From the NCBI GenBank assembly GCA_044340745.1, contig JBIISZ010000005.1:795-64794 (forward strand): a stretch of DNA of 64,000 bases, given 5' to 3'. This document shows, in pieces, positions 38,881 to 48,372 of the stretch. This DNA comes from Candidatus Saccharimonadales bacterium (GTDB lineage: Bacteria > Patescibacteriota > Saccharimonadia > Saccharimonadales > Saccharimonadaceae). The notes beneath the pieces are model-generated. The model made no database searches and was not told the origin of the DNA. It worked only from the letters and a program-made list of their open reading frames with translations. The position numbers and the translations under genes are program-made. How positions within the stretch are numbered: the stretch's first letter is position 1; every line of letters begins with the position of its first letter.

Positions 38881-39429
38881 ATGATTGTATTTTTTGGTCC
38901 AGCGGGTGCTGGAAAAAGTGTCCAAGGGCAAATCTTATCCGCGCGTCAAGGATGGCGATGGTTGAGCGCCGGTCAGATCCTGCGAGACACGCACGACCCT
39001 GAAATTGTTAAGACGATGCATGAAGGTAAGCTCGTGTCGCACGAAGCGATCACCCGTATCATGGGCGAAGCGATCCAGAAGGCGGGTGAAATTGACCAGC
39101 TTATTCTGGACGGGTTCCCAAGGCAGCTCGAGCAAGCCCAATGGTTAATAGATAGCAAAACAAACCACGGGCGTGATATCGGCCTTGTCGTCGTATTAGA
39201 AGTGCCCCGCGAAGAGCTTTTGAAGCGCCTTGCTATTCGTGGCCGAGCCGATGACACCCCTGAAGCGATTGATCAGCGCCTTGCGATTTACCGCCAAGAG
39301 ATGTATCCGATCCTAGGGTTGTTCGCTGAAGATAGTATTCCGGTCGTGCACATCGATGGGGTTGGTACGGTCGGTGAAATCCATGACCGTATCTTCGCTG
39401 AACTCCAAGGAAGGGGATTGGCTAAATAA
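38881..39429 (+). CDS. adk: Adenylate kinase-like NMP kinase (short LID)
   Basis: GPAGAGKS, LSAGQILR, ILDGFPRQ, RGRADD. Confidence 0.85.
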   Translation: MIVFFGPAGAGKSVQGQILSARQGWRWLSAGQILRDTHDPEIVKTMHEGKLVSHEAITRIMGEAIQKAGEIDQLILDGFPRQLEQAQWLIDSKTNHGRDIGLVVVLEVPREELLKRLAIRGRADDTPEAIDQRLAIYRQEMYPILGLFAEDSIPVVHIDGVGTVGEIHDRIFAELQGRGLAK

Positions 39430-40181
39430 TGCAAAAGCAGAAAACACCAGAAGAACTGCAGGCGATGCGCGAAGGCGGGAAGATTCTCGCGACTATCTTC
39501 GATGGGCTGAAGCAACAAGTCAAACCTGGCGTGTCCGAAAAAGAACTCGACGCCTGGGTCGACGCTGAAATCAAGAAACATGGAGCGATAGCTACCTATA
39601 AGACTGACGAAGTCAATTTCCCGGCCGCAATCTGTATTTCGACGAACGAGCAGATTGTCCACAGTATTCCGACTGACTATGTTTTACAAGAGGGTGACCT
39701 TGTCGGCTTCGACTTAGTCATTACCTATAAGAATATGAAGACGGACAGCGCCTTCTCGATGGTTGTCGGGGATAAAGCGACCAGTGTGCAGAAGCATTTG
39801 CTTCAAGCCACCGAACGTAGCCTGTACGCTGGCGTCGACGCAATCAAAGGGCCGGTGCGGGTCGGCGATATCAGCGCCGCCATCGAAAAGGTGCTGAAAG
39901 AAGCGAAAGTCGGCATTATCCGCGAGCTGGTAGGGCACGGTATCGGCCATGAGATGCATGAAAAGCCAGACATTCCTAATTACGGGCGCAGGGGTGCTGG
40001 ACCCCTCCTGAGTCCTGGCGATACCATTGCGATCGAGCCGATGGCGACGCTTGGCGGCGAGAAAATTACCGTTGACGACGACGGCTGGACAATCAGTACC
40101 TGGGATGGAAGCCTCGCGGCTCACTTCGAGCACACCGTGCTTATCACGGAAGATGGCGCTGAAATCTTAACGAAACTGTAG
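39429..40181 (+). CDS. map: Methionine aminopeptidase type I
   Basis: CISTNEQIVHSIP, VGHGIG..MHE.P, IAIEPM, AAHFEHTVLIT. Confidence 0.96.
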   Translation: MQKQKTPEELQAMREGGKILATIFDGLKQQVKPGVSEKELDAWVDAEIKKHGAIATYKTDEVNFPAAICISTNEQIVHSIPTDYVLQEGDLVGFDLVITYKNMKTDSAFSMVVGDKATSVQKHLLQATERSLYAGVDAIKGPVRVGDISAAIEKVLKEAKVGIIRELVGHGIGHEMHEKPDIPNYGRRGAGPLLSPGDTIAIEPMATLGGEKITVDDDGWTISTWDGSLAAHFEHTVLITEDGAEILTKL

Positions 40182-40234
40182 GTTTCATCGCATAACGCTT
40201 GTGAAAACATGAGCGTTAGCGGTATACTAACCCT

Positions 40235-41476
40235 ATGCAAGAGTCTTCTTCGTATGCTGTCGGCCTTGATATCGGGACTACAAAAGTACGCGCCGTCGTG
40301 GCGCATCTTGATAGTTCGACCGGGGTACCAACAATTGTTGGTATTGGCCAGGCAGCAAGTACCGGTATGCGCAAAGGGGTGGTCGTCAACTTACAAGGCC
40401 CAGCCCAGGCTATTGATACCGCCCTCGGTGAAGCAGAGCGAATGAGCGGACACGAAGTCCACGCAGGAACCATCAGTGTCAACGGCTCACATATCCTCAC
40501 TACCCATGCCGACGGCATGGTAGCGGTCGGTGCGCCCGATCATGAGATAAGTCATGAAGATCTCGATCGTATCCGCGAAGTCGCGACGCTCGGTAAAGTG
40601 CCTGCAAACCGTGACATCCTCGATGTCGTGGCGCACAGTTATAAGCTTGATGGGCAAGAGGGGATCAAAGATCCGATCGGTATGACTGGTACGCGCCTTG
40701 AAATCGACGCGCATGTTATTTCGGCACTTACTCCTTATCTGACCAACGTAGAAAAGGCCGCCGATGCCGCACAGGTTCAGCCACACGCCATCGTCCCTAC
40801 GGTCATGGCAGCCGCTCGTGCCGTGCTGAACGAACAGCAACTCGAGAATGGTGTCGCCGTTATCGACCTCGGGGGTACGACGACAAGTATTGCCGTATAC
40901 GAAGAAGGGGACCTCCAGTACGTGGGTGTTGTCCCTATCGGGGGTACGAACATTACCAATGACCTAGCTATCGGTTTGAAGACTGATCCTGAAGTCGCTG
41001 AAGAAGTGAAGCTGAAGCATGGTTGCGCGTTGAGTCATAGCGAAAGCGCAGGGGTGAGTGTTAAGCACGGCGGTGAAATCTTCAGTTTCAAGACGGAAGA
41101 TATCAATGAAATCGTCGAAGCCCGCCTTGAAGAAATTTTTGAAGGGATTCAGTTCCATCTTAAGAAGGCAGGTCGCGCAGGTAAGTTACCAAGCGGCGTC
41201 GTACTCGTAGGGGGTACGGCTAAGTTGAAGCATATTGCTGAGTACGCCAAAGAAACACTGGGGCTTGCTGCTCGCCTCGGGCAACCCTCCGGGTTTGGTG
41301 GTGTTGCGGAAGATATTGATAAGTCTGAGTTCGCCACTGCTATTGGCCTGATGTTGATCGATGCCGAGCAGGCGCATCACGACAAGCCGCGAAAAGGTGG
41401 TCCGAAGCTTAAAGCACCTTCCGCTAAGGACTTAAAGAGCAATGTCACAAAGATTTTTGGTTGGTTCAAACCGTAA
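40235..41476 (+). CDS. ftsA: Cell division protein FtsA
   Basis: GLDIGTTKV, IDLGGTTT, PIGGTNITNDLA, GVVLVGGTA. Confidence 0.95.
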   Translation: MQESSSYAVGLDIGTTKVRAVVAHLDSSTGVPTIVGIGQAASTGMRKGVVVNLQGPAQAIDTALGEAERMSGHEVHAGTISVNGSHILTTHADGMVAVGAPDHEISHEDLDRIREVATLGKVPANRDILDVVAHSYKLDGQEGIKDPIGMTGTRLEIDAHVISALTPYLTNVEKAADAAQVQPHAIVPTVMAAARAVLNEQQLENGVAVIDLGGTTTSIAVYEEGDLQYVGVVPIGGTNITNDLAIGLKTDPEVAEEVKLKHGCALSHSESAGVSVKHGGEIFSFKTEDINEIVEARLEEIFEGIQFHLKKAGRAGKLPSGVVLVGGTAKLKHIAEYAKETLGLAARLGQPSGFGGVAEDIDKSEFATAIGLMLIDAEQAHHDKPRKGGPKLKAPSAKDLKSNVTKIFGWFKP

Positions 41477-41597
41477 TATTCTTAAGTATAAACAAGTTGT
41501 TCGAACACAAAAAATACCAAGTATTGACGCTAGGCGTCTCGTGGTACAATAGTACTAACAGACAAGCGTGATAAAGCGTATAGGGAGAAAGACAGGC

Positions 41598-42821
41598 ATG
41601 CCTGAAGTAAAACCGAGTGACATTCAAACCTTCGCCAGCATCAAAGTCGTTGGTGTTGGTGGCGCAGGTGGTTCAGCAGTTAACCGTATGAAAGAAGCCG
41701 GTCTTGCCGGTGTTCAGTTCATCGCGATGAACACTGATGCACAGGCATTGCATAACAGCAAAGCTGACGTAAAGATTCACCTTGGCCATACGACGACCGG
41801 TGGCCTTGGCGCGGGCGCTGACCCTACGAAGGGCGAGGCGGCTGCCAACGAGTCACGTGAAGAAATTCACGCTGCCCTTGAAGGTGCGGACATGGTCTTT
41901 GTCACGATTGGTGCAGGTGGTGGTACCGGTTCCGGTGCCGGATATGTCGTCGCCGAGGTCGCCCGCGAAATGGGTATCCTCGTGGTCGGTGTTGCGACCC
42001 GTCCGTTCAGTTTTGAAGGCGAGAAGCGCCGCCAAAATGCAGAGTGGGCTATTAGCAACCTCCGTCGTCACGTCGACACGCTCATTACTATCCCTAACGA
42101 CCGTCTTCTGCAGACGATTGACCGCCGTACGCCACTGCTTGAAACCTTCAAGATTGCTGACGACGTGCTGCGTCAAGGTGTGCAGGGTATCTCAGAGCTT
42201 ATTACCGAACACGGTCTTATCAACCTCGACTTCGCCGACGTGAAGGCAATCATGAGCAACGCCGGTTCCGCCCTTATGGGTATTGGTCGTGCGAGCGGTG
42301 ATAACCGCGCCGCCCTGGCTGCTCAGCAGGCAATTGAATCACCGCTGATTGAAGTATCAATCGATGGTGCCCGTGGCGTACTCTTCAATGTCACCGGTGG
42401 CTACGACATGAGCATGTCTGAAATCCAGGAAGCAGCCGAGATCATCACCAGTGCCGTTTCTCCGGACGCTAACATTATCTTCGGTGCGACCTTGAAGCCG
42501 GAAATCGAAGACGAACTCGTCATTACGGTAATTGCTACAGGGTTCGACTCTGCCTACTTCCAGGACGAAATGCCTGCTATCGAGCAGGGCGACACGGACA
42601 TCGCCGAAAAAATGAGCGCAGCGATCGACGAGACTGAAGTCAAAGACATCGACATGAACCTTGATCATTCAGAAGCAGCCGCCATTTTCAACGAAGAGCC
42701 GACTGAGAACATGTGGAACCAGCAGTCTACCCCTGAACAGGAAGAAGAGTCTGACACTCCAGCCTTTCTTCGCCGCCGTAAAAAGCGCGCTAAGAAGCAT
42801 GATAACGACGAGGAAGCGTAG
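41598..42821 (+). CDS. ftsZ: Cell division protein FtsZ
   Basis: [37 protein letters not shown]; promoter TTGACG-17-TACAAT upstream; ATG at 41598. Confidence 0.98.
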   Translation: MPEVKPSDIQTFASIKVVGVGGAGGSAVNRMKEAGLAGVQFIAMNTDAQALHNSKADVKIHLGHTTTGGLGAGADPTKGEAAANESREEIHAALEGADMVFVTIGAGGGTGSGAGYVVAEVAREMGILVVGVATRPFSFEGEKRRQNAEWAISNLRRHVDTLITIPNDRLLQTIDRRTPLLETFKIADDVLRQGVQGISELITEHGLINLDFADVKAIMSNAGSALMGIGRASGDNRAALAAQQAIESPLIEVSIDGARGVLFNVTGGYDMSMSEIQEAAEIITSAVSPDANIIFGATLKPEIEDELVITVIATGFDSAYFQDEMPAIEQGDTDIAEKMSAAIDETEVKDIDMNLDHSEAAAIFNEEPTENMWNQQSTPEQEEESDTPAFLRRRKKRAKKHDNDEEA

Positions 42822-42824
42822 TCT

Positions 42825-43286
42825 ATGTCAAAGATTGTCATCGGTGACAGTCGCGTCGTTGAATCCCGTGAAGTGAGCGACGGGGTGACGATCCGTCGTC
42901 GCCGCGAAGCTCCAGACGGCACTCGTTTCACGACGTACGAACGCATTGAAAAGCCGAACCTGGCGGTCATTAAAAAGAACGGTGCCCGAGAGCTCTACGA
43001 CCGTGAGAAGCTTTCAAATGCTATCAAGCGTTCAGTCGGGAAGTTCTTCACTTCGGAACTTGAAGTGGAAGAAATGATCGATGTCGTTGAAGACGCCCTT
43101 TACGACCTCGGCGAGAATGAAATCACCTCACAGCAGATTGGTGACAAAGTGCTCGACGTACTTGCCGAGCGCAACGAAGTCGCGTACGTACGGTTCGCTA
43201 GCGTGTACCAAGAGTTCACGACGCTTGATGACTTCGTGAAGATCCTTGAAGTCCGCCGTCAGCAAAAGCAACAGAAGGCACTATAG
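42825..43286 (+). CDS. nrdR: Transcriptional repressor NrdR-like protein with an ATP cone, lacking the Zn-binding cysteines
   Basis: SRVVESR...IRRRR...RFTTYE, VIKKNG, VAYVRFASVY. Confidence 0.88.
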   Translation: MSKIVIGDSRVVESREVSDGVTIRRRREAPDGTRFTTYERIEKPNLAVIKKNGARELYDREKLSNAIKRSVGKFFTSELEVEEMIDVVEDALYDLGENEITSQQIGDKVLDVLAERNEVAYVRFASVYQEFTTLDDFVKILEVRRQQKQQKAL

Positions 43287-43287
43287 C

Positions 43288-43545
43288 ATGCGAGTCGTGG
43301 TGGTATACAAAGAGGCAACTGATTACGCACGGCAGGTGAACGACTATATATTCGATTTCAAGCGGCTGACCGGGCATGACCTAGAAACACTCGACCCTGA
43401 AACGCGTGAGGGGATAGGCTTCTGCGGAGCGTATGACATCCTTCAGTACCCGACTATCATCGCGCTCTCCGATGACGGCCAAGTGCAAAGCATCTGGACC
43501 GGCCTTCCATTACCAACCATGAGCGAAGTAAGTTATTATGTTTAA
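43288..43545 (+). CDS. Small thioredoxin-fold-like protein without CxxC
   Basis: beta-alpha pattern and YDILQYPTIIAL resembling the thioredoxin cis-Pro segment; overlaps the VKOR start. Confidence 0.5.
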   Translation: MRVVVVYKEATDYARQVNDYIFDFKRLTGHDLETLDPETREGIGFCGAYDILQYPTIIALSDDGQVQSIWTGLPLPTMSEVSYYV

Positions 43546-44170
43546 CCTTTTCAAGAACACGAAGAAAGAAGATGCGCAAAAAATGTATCGGGCAGCGTTT
43601 TCGGTATTACTGACGTTCGCGATTACCTCGCTTATCGCTGCATTCGTGCTCAGTATTGAAAAGATCCATTTGTTGAATGACCCTGATGCGGTACTTTCTT
43701 GTAGCTTCAACCTCGTTCTGAACTGTTCGACGGTCATGCAAAGCTGGCAGTCTACCGTTTTCTTCGGTATCCCTAATATGTATATCGGCCTGATGGCGTT
43801 TCCGGTGCTTATTACCGTCGCGGTAGCGGCCTTATGGGGTGGCGCTACTTTCAACAAGGGCTTCCTACGCCTGATGAATATCGGTGTATTGCTCGGTACA
43901 ATCTTCGCGTACTGGCTGTTCTTCAATAGCCTGTATGACATTCAAGTCCTCTGCCCGTGGTGCCTCGTCGTCACATTCAGTTGTACGATGATGCTTGCCG
44001 CAGTCACGCACCTTACGTTCCGCCAGAATGCTTGGGGTCTAAAGAAAGACTTAAACGAGAAAGTGCAGAAATTCTTAAAAGCAGGCTATCATCAGCTTGT
44101 CGTTGCCAGCTGGGTCGTCATCATGATCGCTCTCGTATTCATCCAGTTCGGCGCCGCACTCTTCGCGTAG
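43538..44170 (+). CDS. Vitamin K epoxide reductase (VKOR) family disulfide-formation protein
   Basis: SCSFNLVLNC loop cysteines, FFGIPN, LCPWC active-site CxxC, 4-5 TM helices. Confidence 0.88.
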   Translation: MFNLFKNTKKEDAQKMYRAAFSVLLTFAITSLIAAFVLSIEKIHLLNDPDAVLSCSFNLVLNCSTVMQSWQSTVFFGIPNMYIGLMAFPVLITVAVAALWGGATFNKGFLRLMNIGVLLGTIFAYWLFFNSLYDIQVLCPWCLVVTFSCTMMLAAVTHLTFRQNAWGLKKDLNEKVQKFLKAGYHQLVVASWVVIMIALVFIQFGAALFA

Positions 44171-44208
44171 TTTGAACCACTCAAGGTGCTTATGGTAAAA
44201 TAGCCCCA

Positions 44209-45171
44209 ATGCAACGTGGGCAAAAACAAACAGGTTTTACGATTGTCGAGCTGCTGATCGTCATCGTCGTGATCGCCATATTAGCAGCCATCACTATCGT
44301 TGCCTATAACGGTATTCAGAACCGCGCGAAAGAGACGGCCGTGAAGAACGATGTTGCTCAGGCAGTGCGCCAAGTAGAGGCCGCAAAAGCGGGGGATAGT
44401 AAAGAACTGTATCCTGCGAGTAGTGCGATTACGCTGAAATCAAGCGGGGGTGTGACAGCTCGGTACTCACCAAACAGCACTGGAAACGAGTACTGCGTCC
44501 AGGCGACCAACGGTACGCTTGAATATATGGCGACGAGCCTTGATAAGACAGTGCGCACCGGAACCTGCGACGTAGATAGCGGCCTTGTCGTCTGGCTTCG
44601 TATGAACGGGAATGCCACCAACACAGGAAGCGCAGGCGGTACGTTTTCCGTCACTGGCGCAACGGCAACGACAGGGCAGAACGGACAAGCAAATACTGCC
44701 TACCAGTTCACCAGCGGATCAACCATCTCGCAGACTATCACGAACGAATTCCCACAGTTGACAGCATCCGCGTGGGTGTACAACGACAGCCTGTCGGGTA
44801 CGCCAGGGTTATTGAACGGCATCGCCGCGTCGCCTATCCACTGGGAGATATCTGGTGGCGCATGGCGTCTTCGTCTCGCGGGTATCGATAGGGGAAATAT
44901 CGCGACGCCATCGCCAGCGCAAACATGGTCGCATGTGCTTTTTACCTATGACCGTACAAGTGGTGCGTTACGGTATTATCTAAACGGTTCGCTGGTTACG
45001 ACACTCAATGGAAACTCCGGATTGAATGATTATTTCTCTGGGGGGTTTGTCATCGGGCAGTCGAACGGTGCCGGGCGTCAATGGCTTGGTAAGATTGATG
45101 ACGTCCGTGCATATAATAGGGTCCTCAGTGATGCCGAGGTACAAACCCTCTACGCAGCCGGCGCCCAGTAG
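44209..45171 (+). CDS. Prepilin-type protein with a C-terminal LamG-like domain
   Basis: G|FTIVELLIVIV; TWSHVLFTYD...YYLNG...GKIDDVRAYNRVLS. Confidence 0.88.
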   Translation: MQRGQKQTGFTIVELLIVIVVIAILAAITIVAYNGIQNRAKETAVKNDVAQAVRQVEAAKAGDSKELYPASSAITLKSSGGVTARYSPNSTGNEYCVQATNGTLEYMATSLDKTVRTGTCDVDSGLVVWLRMNGNATNTGSAGGTFSVTGATATTGQNGQANTAYQFTSGSTISQTITNEFPQLTASAWVYNDSLSGTPGLLNGIAASPIHWEISGGAWRLRLAGIDRGNIATPSPAQTWSHVLFTYDRTSGALRYYLNGSLVTTLNGNSGLNDYFSGGFVIGQSNGAGRQWLGKIDDVRAYNRVLSDAEVQTLYAAGAQ

Positions 45172-45213
45172 CCCGCTTGCCAAGTTGTATAAAAAAATGC
45201 TACACTTTGTATA

Positions 45214-45410
45214 GAAACGTTTGAGCGGCCATCACCCGCGAGTTTCGGGAAGAACCATGTATGTGTTCAGTTGCCTGCGAGGCTACATACATCCAGTAGA
45301 ACCCGACGCGCTCCCGGCGTTATAGCGGACAATGAAGTGCTGGAAGTATATTCTTTCGGAAATCGGATGGTACCACCCTGTGTAGGGTTCCGATGACCGG
45401 AAGTTTTTTT
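45214..45410 (+). ncRNA. T-box riboswitch (Ile-specific) with ultrashort stem I and an intrinsic terminator
   Basis: Specifier AUC (45231-33) in the loop of GCGG/CCGC; stem II with GAA/AGUA; antiterminator ATCGGA-TGGTACC-ACCC-TGTGTA-GGGT-TCCGAT (45362-94); terminator TTCCG-ATGAC-CGGAA-G-T7; promoter TTGCCA-18-TACACT. Confidence 0.9.
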
Positions 45411-45430
45411 ATTTTCATAAGGAGTGAGCA

Positions 45431-48310
45431 GTGAAATTTCAAGCAGGAAGCCGCCGTCGTGCGCTCGAATACGAAAAAGATCTTGTCCGATATTGGAAAG
45501 AGAACAAGACCTTTGAAAAATCGATCGAGCTTCGTTCAAAAGACAATTCATACGTCTTCTATGACGGCCCTCCGTTCATTTCCGGTGTGCCGCACCACGG
45601 TACACTTTTAAGCTCAATCGTCAAAGACGCCGTCCCACGTTATCAAACGATGAAAGGTAAGCGCGTTGAACGGGTGTGGGGCTGGGACGCTCACGGCCTT
45701 CCTGCGGAACGATACACCGAAAAGAAACTCGGCATCAATTCCCGACAAGAAGTGATAGAATACGGCATCGAGAACTACATCACCGCCACCCGTGCGAACA
45801 TGCTTGAAACAAGCTCGCTTTGGGAAGATACCATCGACCGTATCGGCCGCTGGGTCGACTTCAAGGGCGCATACAAAACCATGGACAAAGATTACATGGA
45901 ATCTATTTGGTGGGCTTTCAAGACATTATACGAAAAGGGTAAGATCTATGAAGGTGAAAAGGTACTGATGTACTGTACGCTCGATGCGACGCCACTTTCA
46001 AAGGCTGAGGTCACCATGGACGCCGGCGCGTACCAGGATGTGACTGATCCGAGTGTCTATACCAAGTTCACCCTCGAAGACGGCACGGTGCTTCTTGCCT
46101 GGACGACTACCCCCTGGACATTACCTGCCAACACGGCCCTTGCTATTAACCCTGGCATTACCTATGTAGAGGTAAAAGTAGGGGATGACCAGTTCGTACT
46201 TGCCAAAGACCTTGTTGAAACCGTACTGACTGATGAAAAACACCAGCCGCTCGAACACACGGTTTTACGGGAACTGACCGGCGAAGACCTTATCGGCAAA
46301 CGCTATCAGCCACTCTTCGAGGACCGCGGCGAGAACGCGCACCAAGTCTGGGCTGCCGACTACGTCACGACTGATTCTGGTACGGGTATCGTTCACATCG
46401 CGCCAGCCTATGGTGAGGAAGACTTCGCCCTGGCACGTGACAAGAAGATCCCGGTCGTCCATGTGCTCGATGAAAACGGTGAATACACCGAAACCGAATG
46501 GCAGGGTGAAAACGTTTGGGCAATCAACAAAACCATCGCCAAAGCGCTCCATGAACGCGGCATGGTATGGAAAATCGATTACATCCGCCACTCCTACCCG
46601 CACTGTCACCGCTGTGGGACGAAACTTATGTACCGCGCTCACCCAAGCTGGTTTATGGACATCGACGCGCAGCGCGAGCAAATGCTTAAACAAAACGGCG
46701 ACATCGAATGGTTCCCAGAGCACGTCAAGAACGGCCGTTTCGCCAAAACCATCGAACAAGCACCAGACTGGAACATTTCTCGTGACCGCTTCTGGGCGAC
46801 CGCCATGCCAGTTTGGAAGTCACCATCAGGCAAGACCAAAGTCATCGGTAGCTACGCTGAACTCAAAGAGCTCAGCGGTATCGAACTTGAAGACTACCAC
46901 CGCCCATGGATTGATGACGTTACCTTTGATATCGACGGTGAAACCTACGCCCGTATCGATAAGGTGATGGACAGCTGGTTCGAAGCCGGCAGTATGCCAT
47001 TCGCGCAGTTCCACTATCCATTCGAGAATAAAGAGAAATTTGAAGCTAACTTCCCAGGTGACTTCATCGTCGAGTATATCGGCCAAGTCCGCGCCTGGTT
47101 CTACTATATGCACGCCATGAGTGTTGCCCTGTTCGGTGAAAACTCGTTTAAGAACGTTGTCGTGACCGGCAACGTTGCCGGAAATGATGGCCGGAAGATG
47201 AGTAAAAGCTACGGCAATTACACTGACCCGAATGAACTGATGGATAAGTTCAGCGCCGACTCGCTGCGTTTCTTGCTCCTCTCAAGCCCGCTCCTTAACG
47301 GTGAAGACTTCGCTTTGCAGGACAAGGAAGTAGGGGATGTTGCGCGTAAGCTCAGTATGGTCTGGAACATGTACGATTTCTTCACGATGTACGCCGACGT
47401 CGACGGTTGGGAATTTGACGGCACGCTTGTCGATCCTTCCGACGAAGTCACCAACCCGCTCGACCAATGGATTATCGGCCGCGTTCACCAGCTGCTTCAG
47501 CAAATTGAAACCCATATGGACACATACGACATCCCGAATGCCATCAACCCAATCTTGCCGTTCCTTGATGATGCCTCGAACTGGTATGTCCGTCGTTCCC
47601 GCCGCCGTTTCTGGAAGTCAGAAGACGACACCGACAAAGATGCTGCTTACAAGACACTGCATTACGTACTGGTGCGCCTGAGCCAAGCTCTTGCGCCATT
47701 CGTGCCGTTCATGGCCGAAGAACTGTACCGTAAGCTGACGGGCGGCGAAAGCGTCCACCTGACCGATTGGCCGGAAGTTGGCCACGTCAACGAGCTCGCC
47801 CTTGACCATATGGCTCGAACGCGTGAGATCATCGAGCAAGGCCTGAGCCTGCGTATGTACAAAGACGAGAACGAGCAGCAGATCAAAGTCCGCCAGCCGT
47901 TGTCAGTTCTGCGCTACGGTGGTGCAAAACTCGATGCGTTCTACGAATCAATTATTGCCGAAGAAGTGAACGTCAAACTCGTCGAACACCTCGGTGCGGC
48001 CGAAGAAGATACCGCGCCGGTCGTCGAACTCGACAAAACCATCACCCCTGACCTCCGTGCTGAAGGGCTCGCTAGGGAAGTTATCCGCCACGTCCAAGCA
48101 GCGCGCAAGAACGCCGGCCTCAACGTCGACGACCGCATCGTCCTCAGCCTGACAAGCAGCGACGCTGAGCTGACGGAGGCAATCGACATCCATAGCCTCG
48201 TCATCATTGCGGAGACCCTCGCGACGGAACTGAAAAAGGGCGAATACAGCTACGCGGTCGACATCACCGTCGAAGGTTTACCGCTTCGCATCTCCCTCGA
48301 TAAAGCGTAA
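45431..48310 (+). CDS. ileS: Isoleucyl-tRNA synthetase, type 2 (eukaryote-like)
   Basis: FYDGPPF, WGWDAHGLP, WTTTPWTLPAN, GTGIVHIAPAYG, DWNISRDRFW, KMSKS; GTG start with AAGGAG SD. Confidence 0.96.
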   Translation: MKFQAGSRRRALEYEKDLVRYWKENKTFEKSIELRSKDNSYVFYDGPPFISGVPHHGTLLSSIVKDAVPRYQTMKGKRVERVWGWDAHGLPAERYTEKKLGINSRQEVIEYGIENYITATRANMLETSSLWEDTIDRIGRWVDFKGAYKTMDKDYMESIWWAFKTLYEKGKIYEGEKVLMYCTLDATPLSKAEVTMDAGAYQDVTDPSVYTKFTLEDGTVLLAWTTTPWTLPANTALAINPGITYVEVKVGDDQFVLAKDLVETVLTDEKHQPLEHTVLRELTGEDLIGKRYQPLFEDRGENAHQVWAADYVTTDSGTGIVHIAPAYGEEDFALARDKKIPVVHVLDENGEYTETEWQGENVWAINKTIAKALHERGMVWKIDYIRHSYPHCHRCGTKLMYRAHPSWFMDIDAQREQMLKQNGDIEWFPEHVKNGRFAKTIEQAPDWNISRDRFWATAMPVWKSPSGKTKVIGSYAELKELSGIELEDYHRPWIDDVTFDIDGETYARIDKVMDSWFEAGSMPFAQFHYPFENKEKFEANFPGDFIVEYIGQVRAWFYYMHAMSVALFGENSFKNVVVTGNVAGNDGRKMSKSYGNYTDPNELMDKFSADSLRFLLLSSPLLNGEDFALQDKEVGDVARKLSMVWNMYDFFTMYADVDGWEFDGTLVDPSDEVTNPLDQWIIGRVHQLLQQIETHMDTYDIPNAINPILPFLDDASNWYVRRSRRRFWKSEDDTDKDAAYKTLHYVLVRLSQALAPFVPFMAEELYRKLTGGESVHLTDWPEVGHVNELALDHMARTREIIEQGLSLRMYKDENEQQIKVRQPLSVLRYGGAKLDAFYESIIAEEVNVKLVEHLGAAEEDTAPVVELDKTITPDLRAEGLAREVIRHVQAARKNAGLNVDDRIVLSLTSSDAELTEAIDIHSLVIIAETLATELKKGEYSYAVDITVEGLPLRISLDKA

Positions 48311-48372
48311 TCAGCCGTAAGGGTGGGGCAGGTATTGCAATTTCATACCGTTTATGGTATTATGTAATAACA

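Noticed and set aside
40192-40218. TAACGCT...AGCGTTA hairpin between map and ftsA
   Set aside because: Short, no U-tract, overlaps the ftsA promoter region; not distinguishable from a weak terminator or chance.
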